Shown one piece after another: positions 28,229-38,700 of a stretch of DNA of 64,000 nucleotides (position 1 is its first letter; each line of letters starts with the position of its first letter). The notes beneath the pieces are model-generated. The model was not told the origin of the DNA. It was given only the letters and a program-made list of their open reading frames with translations, and did no database searches. The translations under genes and the position numbers were made by a program. The stretch comes from an uncultured virus (IMG/VR IMGVR_UViG_3300027278_000424) (taxonomy: Duplodnaviria > Heunggongvirae > Uroviricota > Caudoviricetes), in IMG/VR virus record IMGVR_UViG_3300027278_000424; one strand, written 5' to 3'.

Positions 28229-29622
28229 AACTACAGCAAGTAAAGGAAAAGTTAGATAAAGTAGGTTGTGGTTTTTGTTTAGCAAAATGGACCCAAGTTA
28301 CTATACACTTAGGTCTTGGAATGACACACTCCTGTCACCATCCCTCTCCACATAAGATTTCACTAAAAGAGATTAAAAGAAATCCTTCTGCATTACATAA
28401 TACGTCTTATAAAAAACAAAAACGTAAAGAGATGTTAGAAGGAAAAAGACCTCAAGAATGTAACTACTGTTGGAACGTAGAAGATAATTCTAACTCATTT
28501 TCAGATAGAACATTTAAATCTTCAGAACCTTGGTCATTAGACCAATACGATAAGATTGTGGAGTCACATTGGAGATCTGATTTTAACCCAAGGTATGTTG
28601 AAGTGTCGTTCTCTAATACATGTAATTTTAAATGTGCATATTGCGGACCACAGTATTCTTCAAAATGGGTAGAAGAAATAGAAAAAGAAGGGCCTTATCC
28701 AACCACTTATAACTTTAATGATATATCAAATTTAAAAGCTAAGGGAGAAATGCCTTATAAACATTCGGAAGAAAACCCATATGTAGAGGCATTTTGGAAA
28801 TGGTGGCCAGATTTATTTAAAGATTTACATACCTTCAGAATTACAGGAGGGGAACCTCTTTTATCAAAAGATACATTTAAAGTATTAGAGTATATTCAAA
28901 AACATCATGATAAAAACTCCCAACTATCTTTATCCATTAACACAAATTTAGGGGTACCAGATGCACTAATTGATAAATTTATCGATATAGCTAAAGATTT
29001 ATGTGAAAACGATAAAGTAAGAGAATTAACTTTATTTACATCTATTGAAGCAAAAGGAGCTCAAGCAGAATACACAAGATATGGATTAGATTCAGAAAAA
29101 TTTTGGTCTAATGTAGATAAAATTTTAACTGCCCTCCCAAAAGTAACCATTAACATTATGGCTACCTTTAACGCCCTGTCTGTCTTTACATATGATGAGG
29201 TAATAGATAGAACATTTGAGCTTAAAAAGAAACACGCTAATGGACAGAGATATTGGATATCTGCTTTACAGTTAGATACATCTTATCTGAGGTGGCCAGC
29301 TCATTTATCTGTAAAGATATTAGAACCAGACCACCATGAATTAATTTTGAAGTCTGCAGAAAAAATGCTATATTACGGTATAAAGGAGTTTACTACCGAT
29401 AATTATGGATTCTCTAACGTAGAGATACAAAAAATGAAAAGAATCTACGATTATGCAACCGGTACGGATAGCTTTGAAACACATAAGTACAGGACTGATT
29501 TTGTTAAATTTGTAGATGAATTAGATAAAAGAAGAGGTACCGATTTTAATAAAACATTTCCTGAATTAAATAACCTATATGATAGATATAAGAAAAGGCT
29601 CGCCTTGGGTATTTTGGCCTAG
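28225..29622 (+). CDS. Radical SAM enzyme with N-terminal twitch/SPASM-like domain (1)
   Basis: CNFKCAYC and ITGGEP; N-terminal CLAKW..SCHH..ECNYC. Confidence 0.9.
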   Translation: MKLQQVKEKLDKVGCGFCLAKWTQVTIHLGLGMTHSCHHPSPHKISLKEIKRNPSALHNTSYKKQKRKEMLEGKRPQECNYCWNVEDNSNSFSDRTFKSSEPWSLDQYDKIVESHWRSDFNPRYVEVSFSNTCNFKCAYCGPQYSSKWVEEIEKEGPYPTTYNFNDISNLKAKGEMPYKHSEENPYVEAFWKWWPDLFKDLHTFRITGGEPLLSKDTFKVLEYIQKHHDKNSQLSLSINTNLGVPDALIDKFIDIAKDLCENDKVRELTLFTSIEAKGAQAEYTRYGLDSEKFWSNVDKILTALPKVTINIMATFNALSVFTYDEVIDRTFELKKKHANGQRYWISALQLDTSYLRWPAHLSVKILEPDHHELILKSAEKMLYYGIKEFTTDNYGFSNVEIQKMKRIYDYATGTDSFETHKYRTDFVKFVDELDKRRGTDFNKTFPELNNLYDRYKKRLALGILA

Positions 29623-30163
29623 TAGCATATGTGATACATTTCCTGATAAACCTGCAAACAAGATACTATCTGGGCAACATTACTTTCACCTTACCTTCAG
29701 ACTTACATTAAAGGATAAATCAGACGATCAAAAAACCTTATTCACAATAGTACCGAGGTATACTGGTCTAGATTTATATAAGGATAAGATGATACTCACA
29801 GTAACTTGCGAAGACGGTCCTATATATGTAGACTTACCTTTACTGGTTAACTATAACGAAGAGGTAATTATTTCATTAGAACACACTCCTAAAGGTAATT
29901 TTAGATTATTTATAGATAATAAGGTTGTCCACGAAGTAGATTTAAAGGACAAAATTTTTGGATTAGCAGATAGCCCGCACATATTAATAGGAGCAGGAAA
30001 TTTTCCAAAGAATGATTTTAATTTAAACTATACAGATTTTGATCTACATGAGTTTATATTGAAAGATGAGAACGAAATTATATCTCATCACAAATTTGAA
30101 CAATTTATTTTTGATAAATCGGTAGATATTACCGGTAAATGTAATTTTATACACAAGTTATAA
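29579..30163 (+). CDS. Stand-alone LamG/ConA-like protein
   Basis: Beta-rich; FRLFIDNK, ILIGAG, SVDITG..N motifs typical of LamG-like domains. Confidence 0.5.
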   Translation: MIDIRKGSPWVFWPSSICDTFPDKPANKILSGQHYFHLTFRLTLKDKSDDQKTLFTIVPRYTGLDLYKDKMILTVTCEDGPIYVDLPLLVNYNEEVIISLEHTPKGNFRLFIDNKVVHEVDLKDKIFGLADSPHILIGAGNFPKNDFNLNYTDFDLHEFILKDENEIISHHKFEQFIFDKSVDITGKCNFIHKL

Positions 30164-31785
30164 TGGCAGGAGTTTTTGCAAAAAGAGACGACGAAACGTT
30201 TCAGGAATACAGAGATAGAGTAGTAAACAAATTATCCGGCTCATTTTGTGGAGCTAAATGGTATAATGCAACAATCTGGTTAGGAAACGGAACTACCGCT
30301 TCCTGTCATCACCCACCTGCACATAAAATACCTCTAGAGGAAGTAGCTAAATCTTATAAAGCTATTCATAATACTACCTATAAAAAAGCAGTAAGAAAAC
30401 AAATGATGGACGGAGTTCGTCCTAAAGAATGTGAATACTGCTGGAAGATAGAAGACTTAGGAGCAGATAAAGTATCAGATAGGGTTTATAAATCTGTTAT
30501 ATATACAGACGAAGAACTCAAAGATGCTAAAGAGAAATTTGGAGCAGGCTTTGACGTTGATCTCAAGACATTAGAGATTGCTTTTGATGCTAACTGTAAC
30601 TTTGGATGTTCATATTGTAATGCTTCTTTTTCTACTACTTGGCAAAAAGACATTAAGATGTTCGGACCTTACCAGAATCTAGTATCCGATGGTGCAGGAG
30701 CATTTCAACATGATGGTAAACATGCAATGCCGTATGGTAGAAAAAATAAAGATAATCCATATGTTGAAGCTTTCTGGAAGTGGTGGGAAGCAGAGCTGCA
30801 GTACACCTTAAGAGAATTAAGAGTAACTGGAGGGGAACCTTCAATGTCGCCTGATTTTTGGAAGCTAATGGATTGGTGGAAAGATCATCCTGAATGTGAG
30901 GTACCTTTTGCTGTAAACTCTAACTTAGGACAGAAGACACAGCTACTTGATGCTTTAATTGATTCAACTCATAACTTCAAAGATTTTAGTATATATACGT
31001 CTAATGAGGCAACAGGGTTACAAGCAGAGTATATTAGATACGGATTAGAATGGGATGTATGGTTAAAGAATATTTACAGAGTTAATAGAGAAGCAAAAGT
31101 ATCCTCTGTTAACGTTATGATGACTATTAATGCATTATGCTTATTCTCCATTACAGAATTTATGGATGAAATGTTAAAACTAAAAAAAGAGTTTGGACAT
31201 CATGCCGCGGTAATGTCATTTAACATATTAAGATTTCCTTCTTTCCAGTCTATTGTCACACTTCCTGTTAACGTAAGGATGGAAAGAGCTGCACACATTG
31301 AAAAGTGGTTAGAAGCTAATTGGAATGGAGGCTCAAATGGTTTTATGGATATGGAAAGAGACGGGGTACTTAGACTTATTGAATATATTAAACAAGTAGA
31401 TTCAGGACACGCTCATACCTCTTCATTAGAGTCTAGAGAAAGAGATTTTAAATCTTTTTACACTCAATATGATAAGAGAAGAAAGAAAGATTTCTTAACT
31501 GCCTTTCCAATGTTAAAAGAATGGTGGGACAGTATTCCAGAAACAAATATCGAACTACTAAAAGGAGTTAGAGACGGAGACGATGCTAAATCTAACAGGT
31601 ATGTTCACGAAGTACTGAAAAAAGCAAAAGATGAAGGATGGGTACTGAACCCACAGTGGGCTAATCCTGGATCACAAGAGTATGTAGAACCAGACGATCA
31701 ACAACAAGATGATATGATTGACTTAGTTGAACAACTAAAAAAAGATTCAGATTCTAAATTTGTTGGAGGAGTAGCTAAAAGGTAA
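30163..31785 (+). CDS. Radical SAM enzyme with N-terminal twitch domain (2)
   Basis: CNFGCSYC and VTGGEP; N-terminal CGAKW..SCHH..ECEYC; paralog of 28225 (shared NPYVEAFWKWW). Confidence 0.9.
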   Translation: MAGVFAKRDDETFQEYRDRVVNKLSGSFCGAKWYNATIWLGNGTTASCHHPPAHKIPLEEVAKSYKAIHNTTYKKAVRKQMMDGVRPKECEYCWKIEDLGADKVSDRVYKSVIYTDEELKDAKEKFGAGFDVDLKTLEIAFDANCNFGCSYCNASFSTTWQKDIKMFGPYQNLVSDGAGAFQHDGKHAMPYGRKNKDNPYVEAFWKWWEAELQYTLRELRVTGGEPSMSPDFWKLMDWWKDHPECEVPFAVNSNLGQKTQLLDALIDSTHNFKDFSIYTSNEATGLQAEYIRYGLEWDVWLKNIYRVNREAKVSSVNVMMTINALCLFSITEFMDEMLKLKKEFGHHAAVMSFNILRFPSFQSIVTLPVNVRMERAAHIEKWLEANWNGGSNGFMDMERDGVLRLIEYIKQVDSGHAHTSSLESRERDFKSFYTQYDKRRKKDFLTAFPMLKEWWDSIPETNIELLKGVRDGDDAKSNRYVHEVLKKAKDEGWVLNPQWANPGSQEYVEPDDQQQDDMIDLVEQLKKDSDSKFVGGVAKR

Positions 31786-31787
31786 GC

Positions 31788-33125
31788 ATGAAAATTAAAC
31801 CAGAAGAAGGTAATAAGACGTTTTGTATAGCACCATGGACACACACCTACCTCTCTCCTCAGAGTGAGAGGAGGATGTGCTGTGCATCTAGGGAAAAAGC
31901 TTCCTGGGCAACACAGTATTTAGACTCAGATGCAGCAGACGGAACTTCTTCTTATAAACCCGGTACTCTCAAAGAACATTGGAACTCTGAATATATGAAA
32001 GGAGTGAGACGAGACCTTATGGCAGGTAAGGTTATACCTCAATGTTCGGTATGTAATGAACAACTACTAAATATATCTGTTTATAGAGATTATTTTAATA
32101 AATCTTTATTCCCTAATAAAATTGAGGAAGCATTTAGTAAAACAGATGAAACAGGCTTTACAACTATGCCTCCTATATCTTTTGATTACAGGGTAAGAAA
32201 CCTTTGTAATTTTAAATGCAGAATGTGCGGAGATCAACTTTCATCTTCATGGGAAGCAGAGAGAAGAGCAATGGGCGATTACGATAGAGAAGGAAATGGT
32301 GACCATTGGGCTAAAAAAGAAAATAAACCAGTTATTGAAAACTTTCAAAAAGATGTAGCAGAAGCTGAACTTTGGGAAGCTGTGAAGAATGGTACTATAG
32401 AGGAAATATACTGGGTAGGAGGAGAACCTTTAATGTGGGAAGTACACTGGGAAGTAATGGAATATTTAGTTAATAATGATTTAGCTAAAAACGTATGGGT
32501 GCGTTACAATACTAATTTTAGTAGAACGACTTATAAACACTGGGACCTAAAAAACCTACTTCCCCACTTTAAAATGGTTCAAATCTGTGCTTCCATAGAC
32601 GGAACTGGAAAAAATGTTGAATACGTAAGACATGGTATTAAGTGGGATCAATGGATACATAATTTTAAAGAATATTTATTTCTTAATCAAAAATATGGAC
32701 AATACGGTATTGCATTTGACCTTACTATAACCACCCCAGGTCTTTTCAGCCTAAAGAGTTTATTTGATTTAGCAGTTGAACTAGATGTCAACACCCTGAT
32801 TAAAACAACATTTGCATTTGACGGGAGTGTTACTATGTGTCCCCAAGTACTACCTAGAGAACTCTTTAACGAAGTTATTGATGATATATTAGACTACATA
32901 AGACCTAAAGTAGAAGTAAACCCAAAACATGCTAATTGGATAGAATGTCTTGAAGATTTAAAAAACAGAGAGACATTTGAAGAAAAGTACCCTGATTGGA
33001 AGGAGGCCTTAGTTAGAGGTAAACAAAATTTGACTAGAGTAGATAAGTGGAGAAAAAACGAAAATACTCTAGAAGAAATCTATTCGGAAAACCCTAAAGT
33101 ATTAAACTGGTGGAGAAACATATAG
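31788..33125 (+). CDS. Radical SAM enzyme with N-terminal twitch domain (3)
   Basis: CNFKCRMC, GGEP, SIDG; N-terminal CIAPW..MCC..CSVC. Confidence 0.9.
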   Translation: MKIKPEEGNKTFCIAPWTHTYLSPQSERRMCCASREKASWATQYLDSDAADGTSSYKPGTLKEHWNSEYMKGVRRDLMAGKVIPQCSVCNEQLLNISVYRDYFNKSLFPNKIEEAFSKTDETGFTTMPPISFDYRVRNLCNFKCRMCGDQLSSSWEAERRAMGDYDREGNGDHWAKKENKPVIENFQKDVAEAELWEAVKNGTIEEIYWVGGEPLMWEVHWEVMEYLVNNDLAKNVWVRYNTNFSRTTYKHWDLKNLLPHFKMVQICASIDGTGKNVEYVRHGIKWDQWIHNFKEYLFLNQKYGQYGIAFDLTITTPGLFSLKSLFDLAVELDVNTLIKTTFAFDGSVTMCPQVLPRELFNEVIDDILDYIRPKVEVNPKHANWIECLEDLKNRETFEEKYPDWKEALVRGKQNLTRVDKWRKNENTLEEIYSENPKVLNWWRNI

Positions 33126-34333
33126 AAAGTAGTAAAAAGAGTAAGTCTATATGTGCACTACCGTGGCTACATTTAGCTACACATCCTATAGGTACTATTA
33201 CACCTTGCTGTATTACCGATATGAAAGATAGTGCTTCTACAGCAGCTACAGATCATGATGAAGCTCAGCACTTATTTCTTAGCAAAGATTCGCTTGATTC
33301 AATAGCTAATTCAAAAAAGTTTAAAAAGCTACGTAAAGACATGATGAACGGAGAATTCTCCTCTTTATGTCAGAAATGTTACAAATACGAAGCTGCAGGT
33401 GTAGAATCTAAAAGGGAAGTTTCTAATAGGGAGTATGGGAAATACTTAGAAGAGTATATAAAAAACACTGATTCTACAGGACACATAAAAGATATAAATT
33501 ATAGATACATAGAACTAAGACTAGGCTCAGTATGCAACTTGAAATGTGTCACATGTAACCCTTTTTCTTCAAACAGGTGGAACCAAGATATACATGTGTT
33601 TAAGGGTACTGAGTTTGAAAAAGAATATTTTAAAAACGAGATAAAAACAGAGTGGTATAGAGATTACGGATTTTACGATAACCTTCTCGATAAGTGTAAG
33701 GACTTACAGGAAATTTGGATAAATGGAGGAGAGCCTACCTTAATTAAAGAACATGGGTACTTCTTACAAAAGCTTATAGATAATAACCAAGCAAAGGATA
33801 TTAAAATTAGTTACAGTTTAAACAGTACAAAATTCCCGGACAGTTTTTTAGAGATATGGAAAAAATTTAAAAAGGTAAAGATACAAATCTCCATAGATGA
33901 TATTGAAGATAGAAACCACTATGTACGATATCCATCAGACTGGAATACAATAATGACTGCTTTTACAAAAATTGCTAAATATAAAGATGTATTTGAGTTA
34001 GAGATATGCCAGACTGTTAGTGCTTTAAATGTTCATAATTTAAGTAACTTTAAAAACTTTTTTAAAGAATTCGGATTACTTTTTTCTCACAACTACGTAC
34101 ATTATCCATCTCATTTACAGGTTTCGATCTTACCAGAAGAATTAAAACAACAGGTTTTAGAAAATAATTCAGATTTAACAGAGATGGAAATAGATAGACT
34201 AAAATCTGAACTATATAAATCAGCTAGTCCAAAAGAATTAGATAAATTTAAATCCTATATTAATTTACTTGATAGAGCAAGAAATTTAAAAATACAAAAT
34301 TACCTACCTGAGTGGGAACCTTATTTTAAATAA
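33110..34333 (+). CDS. Radical SAM enzyme with N-terminal twitch domain (4)
   Basis: CNLKCVTC, GGEP; N-terminal CALPW..PCC..CQKC. Confidence 0.9.
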   Translation: MEKHIESSKKSKSICALPWLHLATHPIGTITPCCITDMKDSASTAATDHDEAQHLFLSKDSLDSIANSKKFKKLRKDMMNGEFSSLCQKCYKYEAAGVESKREVSNREYGKYLEEYIKNTDSTGHIKDINYRYIELRLGSVCNLKCVTCNPFSSNRWNQDIHVFKGTEFEKEYFKNEIKTEWYRDYGFYDNLLDKCKDLQEIWINGGEPTLIKEHGYFLQKLIDNNQAKDIKISYSLNSTKFPDSFLEIWKKFKKVKIQISIDDIEDRNHYVRYPSDWNTIMTAFTKIAKYKDVFELEICQTVSALNVHNLSNFKNFFKEFGLLFSHNYVHYPSHLQVSILPEELKQQVLENNSDLTEMEIDRLKSELYKSASPKELDKFKSYINLLDRARNLKIQNYLPEWEPYFK

Positions 34334-34339
34334 AGAATT

Positions 34340-35602
34340 ATGAAAGACAGTAAAACATTATGCACAGCTCCGTGGATGCACTTACACATAATTAACGATG
34401 GAAGAGCATATCCTTGCTGTATGACTGAAATTACTAACGAATTAGCAGTAGGTAATGTTAAAACTCAGACACTAAAGGAAGTAGTAAACAGCCCTAAGAT
34501 GAAAGAAATGAGAAAGGGAATGCTTGAAGGTAAACCTCTCCCAGCTTCCTGTGAAAGATGTAAAGGAAGGGAAGATGCTGGATTTAGTTCAATGAGAATA
34601 GGCATGAACAATAATTGGTACGATAAAGTAAAAGACCTAATAGAAAATACAAAACCAGACGGAGAAGTAACAAATTTAAGACTTCTATATTGGGACATAA
34701 GATTTTCTAACTACTGTAATCTAGCTTGTAGAACCTGTTCTCCTACATTTTCAACTTCTTGGGCAAATGATTATATAAGATTAAGAGACCATAATGATAA
34801 TATTGAAACCGGTCTAATAAATTTAGATAATGAAACTAATTTCTGGAATGAGTTAGATGCCAATCTAGATGTAGCCCAAGAGATACACTTCGCCGGAGGA
34901 GAGCCCGTATTAATGCCGGAACATTGGAAGCTTATTAGCTTCTTAGAAGAGAACCAGAGGTTTGATACAAAATTAAAATATTCCACCAATGCTACAAAAT
35001 TAGTAGTTAAAGGTAGAAATATTATTGATGTATGGAAAAAATTTAAAAATGTACATTTAAGTCTATCTATAGACGGAACAGGCGATGTATTCGAACTTAC
35101 AAGACATAAAGGCAATTGGGAATCTACTAGAAATAATTTAATTGAGATTTCTAATAGCAATATAGAGTACTGGATACATCCTACCGTTAGTATATTAAAC
35201 ATTTTTAATATAGTAGAACTACATAAAGAGCTATTTGATTTAAATATTATTCCAAATGAAATAAGAGAATGTGAAGTAGGAAAATCCGGATATAATAGTA
35301 ATGATTACTTTATTAAAAGATTTCACATCAACCCTTGTGTGACCCCAGATATTTATTCAATAACCAATATACCTGAAAATCTAAAAGCAATAGCTACACA
35401 GAAAATTAGAGAATACGCCAATACAAGTCTAAAAGAAAACGGGATACCGGTATCGGGTTGGGAATCGTTAATTAGTATTATGAATAGCCAACCATGTGAT
35501 ATGGAAGTATTCAGGAGATTTGTAGAGACTACTAAGAAATTAGACAAAATGAGAAATCAAAATTTTGTTGAAACGGTTCCTGAATTTAAACCTTATTTTT
35601 AA
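34340..35602 (+). CDS. Radical SAM enzyme with N-terminal twitch domain (5)
   Basis: CNLACRTC, GGEP, SIDG; N-terminal CTAPW..PCC..CERC. Confidence 0.9.
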   Translation: MKDSKTLCTAPWMHLHIINDGRAYPCCMTEITNELAVGNVKTQTLKEVVNSPKMKEMRKGMLEGKPLPASCERCKGREDAGFSSMRIGMNNNWYDKVKDLIENTKPDGEVTNLRLLYWDIRFSNYCNLACRTCSPTFSTSWANDYIRLRDHNDNIETGLINLDNETNFWNELDANLDVAQEIHFAGGEPVLMPEHWKLISFLEENQRFDTKLKYSTNATKLVVKGRNIIDVWKKFKNVHLSLSIDGTGDVFELTRHKGNWESTRNNLIEISNSNIEYWIHPTVSILNIFNIVELHKELFDLNIIPNEIRECEVGKSGYNSNDYFIKRFHINPCVTPDIYSITNIPENLKAIATQKIREYANTSLKENGIPVSGWESLISIMNSQPCDMEVFRRFVETTKKLDKMRNQNFVETVPEFKPYF

Positions 35603-35603
35603 T

Positions 35604-36542
35604 ATGCACTACCTTTACGACTACTTATGGGAATCTCCAACTGAATTTGGAGTTAGAAATCTTTTAAGAAGAAACCACCTAGCTTATTACACAGATGAAA
35701 TAATAAAAAACTGTAATAAAACAGACCCAGGAGAGGTGTACAGTGTAAGGTACTTAGATGAGGAAGAAGAGGCTGAAACCCTTGCAGCTATTAGTAAAAA
35801 TACAACAGACCTAAAAGAAGGAGATGTATGTTATAACCTTGACCGTTTTGGACTAAGACATACAGGGGTGAACATACTTGAAGATGAAGTCGATACTTTA
35901 GTATTTGGATGTTCTTTTACATACGGAGTAGGAGTGCCATTGGAAAAAACATGGGCCTATAGTGTTAACACCCAAATTTTAGACAACCGATACATTAACC
36001 TAGCTATACCGGGAAGCTCAATTTCTAAAATTACAAGACTTTTATATAGTATAGCTCAATTTAAAAAGCCAAAAAGAATTATTATACTGCTACCGGATTA
36101 CAACCGGGAAGAAATAATTACCGAAAAAGATAGTAACGCAAGTAAAAAAGTACGTAATAATTTTGAAACTATAAATTTTGTCCCTAGGTATCTACCTGAA
36201 AACCAAGAGGTAATGTACCATATTAAGAGGTACATGAACACACTAGTTACGGAAAATAACAAAGTCAATACATACAAAAATCTACAAATTATTAAGTTTC
36301 TCACAGACCAGCTGAACATAAAGTTATACATCTCCAGCTGGTGCCCTTGGACTTACTCAACTTTAGAAAAAGTATTTGACACAACTCAAATAGCACCATA
36401 TTTTGAATTTAAAAATGATGCAAAAGATAACCTATATGCTAGAGATGGAGGACATCCAGGTTTGGTAGATAATAAAGAGTTTGCGAACGACTTACTAAAG
36501 TTTATAACTAATAAAGAAAAGGTACACCACAATGTCATTTAA
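35604..36542 (+). CDS. SGNH/GDSL-like hydrolase or acyltransferase
   Basis: FGCSFTYG (block I), NLAIPGSS (block II), DGGHP (block V); ATG at 35604 follows the previous stop. Confidence 0.72.
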   Translation: MHYLYDYLWESPTEFGVRNLLRRNHLAYYTDEIIKNCNKTDPGEVYSVRYLDEEEEAETLAAISKNTTDLKEGDVCYNLDRFGLRHTGVNILEDEVDTLVFGCSFTYGVGVPLEKTWAYSVNTQILDNRYINLAIPGSSISKITRLLYSIAQFKKPKRIIILLPDYNREEIITEKDSNASKKVRNNFETINFVPRYLPENQEVMYHIKRYMNTLVTENNKVNTYKNLQIIKFLTDQLNIKLYISSWCPWTYSTLEKVFDTTQIAPYFEFKNDAKDNLYARDGGHPGLVDNKEFANDLLKFITNKEKVHHNVI

Positions 36543-37836
36543 TCATTACTTAGAAATAAACTATAACCAAGCTATAAATTTCGGTTTTGATAAATTAAAT
36601 ACTAAACCAGACATCGGGTTTGTACACGGTAGTCCGATACTTGAAACTCTAGTCTTTAAAGAAAGCACATCGTACTTTATAGAAACTGGTAAAAAATTTA
36701 TATACCCAATCTCAGGATTAAGTGAAACTATGTATATCTCTCCTGCTTTTTTATTAGAAAGCAATGTTATTGAAGCATGCAAGAATGGCCTGTGTAAAGT
36801 AGGTATAATGTACGATACAGAAGGAACAACATATCAGGACCGGTACCTTTTTTGGCTAGAAGAATTTGCAGAGTTAAATGAATTAGATGAAACTAACTTT
36901 TTTTTCGCACATGGGAATAGACAGTTAATACAAACCTATAGAGATTTTTTAATAAAGAAAAGAGAATTAAATCCTACGTTAGAAGTAAAACCTAAAGTTG
37001 AGATTTTAAAATACTCTTATTTTGAAAATTTTCCTTGGTTTATTCCCGGTGATTATAAATTAAGAAAATCAAAAACTAAAGAGCAATTATTAGAGCACTT
37101 CAATAAAATATTAACCAGGAACAGGGAAGAACAAAAAGTAAAGCATTTTTTATGTTTGAACAGAAGACCGAGACTAGGTAGAGTATTAATATTTGGAGCT
37201 ATTGAAACTAACCCTTATTTAAGAGATAAGACTATACTAACAATGGGTCCTCATGAACTTCCTGAGGGAACAGAGTTTCGACCGTTAAAAGCAATAGAAA
37301 GGAAATATATCCCATCTTGGATATATGATTATGTAGACTCATACGACTTTGAAAAACCCATACATGTAATAGATAATCCAGATAATAGTAATAAAGCACA
37401 TGATATAAATCTTGAGTTTCACCAAAGTACATTTTTAAACGTTGTTACAGAAACACTATACAATAAAGAGATAATGTTTCTTTCGGAAAAAATATTTAAA
37501 CCAATGTATATGCTACAACCTTTTGTAGTGATTGGAAATCCTAATACTTTAAAAGAACTTAAGCAACTTGGGTATAAAACTTTTGATAGATGGTGGGATG
37601 AAAGTTACGATGAAGAAGAGGACTTGGTACAAAGAGTGTTAAAAGTAGAAATAATTTTAAATAAACTAAGTAAGTTAAGCTTTGAAGAACTCTACAAAAT
37701 TACTCAAGAAATGGAAGAAACATTAATACATAACTTTAACAGATTTCTATTTGAAAGTAAACAAGAAACATTAGATTATTTAAATTTTCTAACTTTTCAA
37801 CAATATTTTGAAAAACTACCTCCATATCAATATTAA
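36532..37836 (+). CDS. Putative GT-B glycosyltransferase-like protein
   Basis: FLCLNRRPR, LNVVTET, FLSEKIFKP, PFVVIG, WWDESYD; resembles a GT10-like nucleotide-sugar-binding C-domain. Confidence 0.6.
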   Translation: MSFNHYLEINYNQAINFGFDKLNTKPDIGFVHGSPILETLVFKESTSYFIETGKKFIYPISGLSETMYISPAFLLESNVIEACKNGLCKVGIMYDTEGTTYQDRYLFWLEEFAELNELDETNFFFAHGNRQLIQTYRDFLIKKRELNPTLEVKPKVEILKYSYFENFPWFIPGDYKLRKSKTKEQLLEHFNKILTRNREEQKVKHFLCLNRRPRLGRVLIFGAIETNPYLRDKTILTMGPHELPEGTEFRPLKAIERKYIPSWIYDYVDSYDFEKPIHVIDNPDNSNKAHDINLEFHQSTFLNVVTETLYNKEIMFLSEKIFKPMYMLQPFVVIGNPNTLKELKQLGYKTFDRWWDESYDEEEDLVQRVLKVEIILNKLSKLSFEELYKITQEMEETLIHNFNRFLFESKQETLDYLNFLTFQQYFEKLPPYQY

Positions 37837-38666
37837 TGAAAAGCAACCTTATAACCTTTGGATGTAGTTATACTAAATTTGATTGGCCAACTTGGGCAGA
37901 TTTTCTTAGTTCATATTACAGCACATATACAAATTATGGAAAAGCAGGATCAGGAAACAGAGCGATTTTTCATAAAATTATTAAATACCTAGATTCAAAA
38001 GAAAATTTTACACAAGATCAAGTTATAATTCAGTGGAGCAGCTGCGCTAGAGAAGACAAATACGATAAACATTCTAACCAGGAATATCTTTGCGCAGGAA
38101 ATATTACTAATAATCCTTTCTATACCAAAGAATATGTAGATAAGTACTTTTCATTTCAACAAGACTTAGTAGAAACGGTAAATTACATAAAAACGGTAAA
38201 AGACCTACTTGAATATCATAACATTAAGTACTTAATGACTTTTATGTTAGATTTAAGGATAGGCACACATTTAGGAGAGCCGGGATTCAACAGTAACTTT
38301 GAATACTTAACTGAGATAGAGTTAAATAAATGTAAACCTATATTTAAAAAACTTGACTATTTAGTTGATAATAATTTTACCGATTTATGTATTACTATGC
38401 ACCAATTAGACTGCAGTGATAAAGTATACTGCTTCTCCCCTAAAGGAGAGGTAAACCCAGACTCTCACCCTAGTCCAAATCAGCATTACAGTTTCATGGA
38501 GAAGTATTTACTCCCTAAACTAAAATACATACAGCAGAAAGAAACCCCGGTATCTATCAGTCTATTAAAAGACTGGAATAATTTTGCTAAAATTAAAAAA
38601 AATTTAGAAGATAAGTTAGAGTATAAACCTTCAACCTGGCCTACTAAAACTACAATGAACTTTTAA
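37836..38666 (+). CDS. Second SGNH/GDSL-like hydrolase or acyltransferase
   Basis: FGCSYT, NYGKAGSGN, IIQWS, DSHP. Confidence 0.72.
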   Translation: MKSNLITFGCSYTKFDWPTWADFLSSYYSTYTNYGKAGSGNRAIFHKIIKYLDSKENFTQDQVIIQWSSCAREDKYDKHSNQEYLCAGNITNNPFYTKEYVDKYFSFQQDLVETVNYIKTVKDLLEYHNIKYLMTFMLDLRIGTHLGEPGFNSNFEYLTEIELNKCKPIFKKLDYLVDNNFTDLCITMHQLDCSDKVYCFSPKGEVNPDSHPSPNQHYSFMEKYLLPKLKYIQQKETPVSISLLKDWNNFAKIKKNLEDKLEYKPSTWPTKTTMNF

Positions 38667-38700
38667 CAGTGCTCTATTTATAAAAATAATAAATGTTAGT

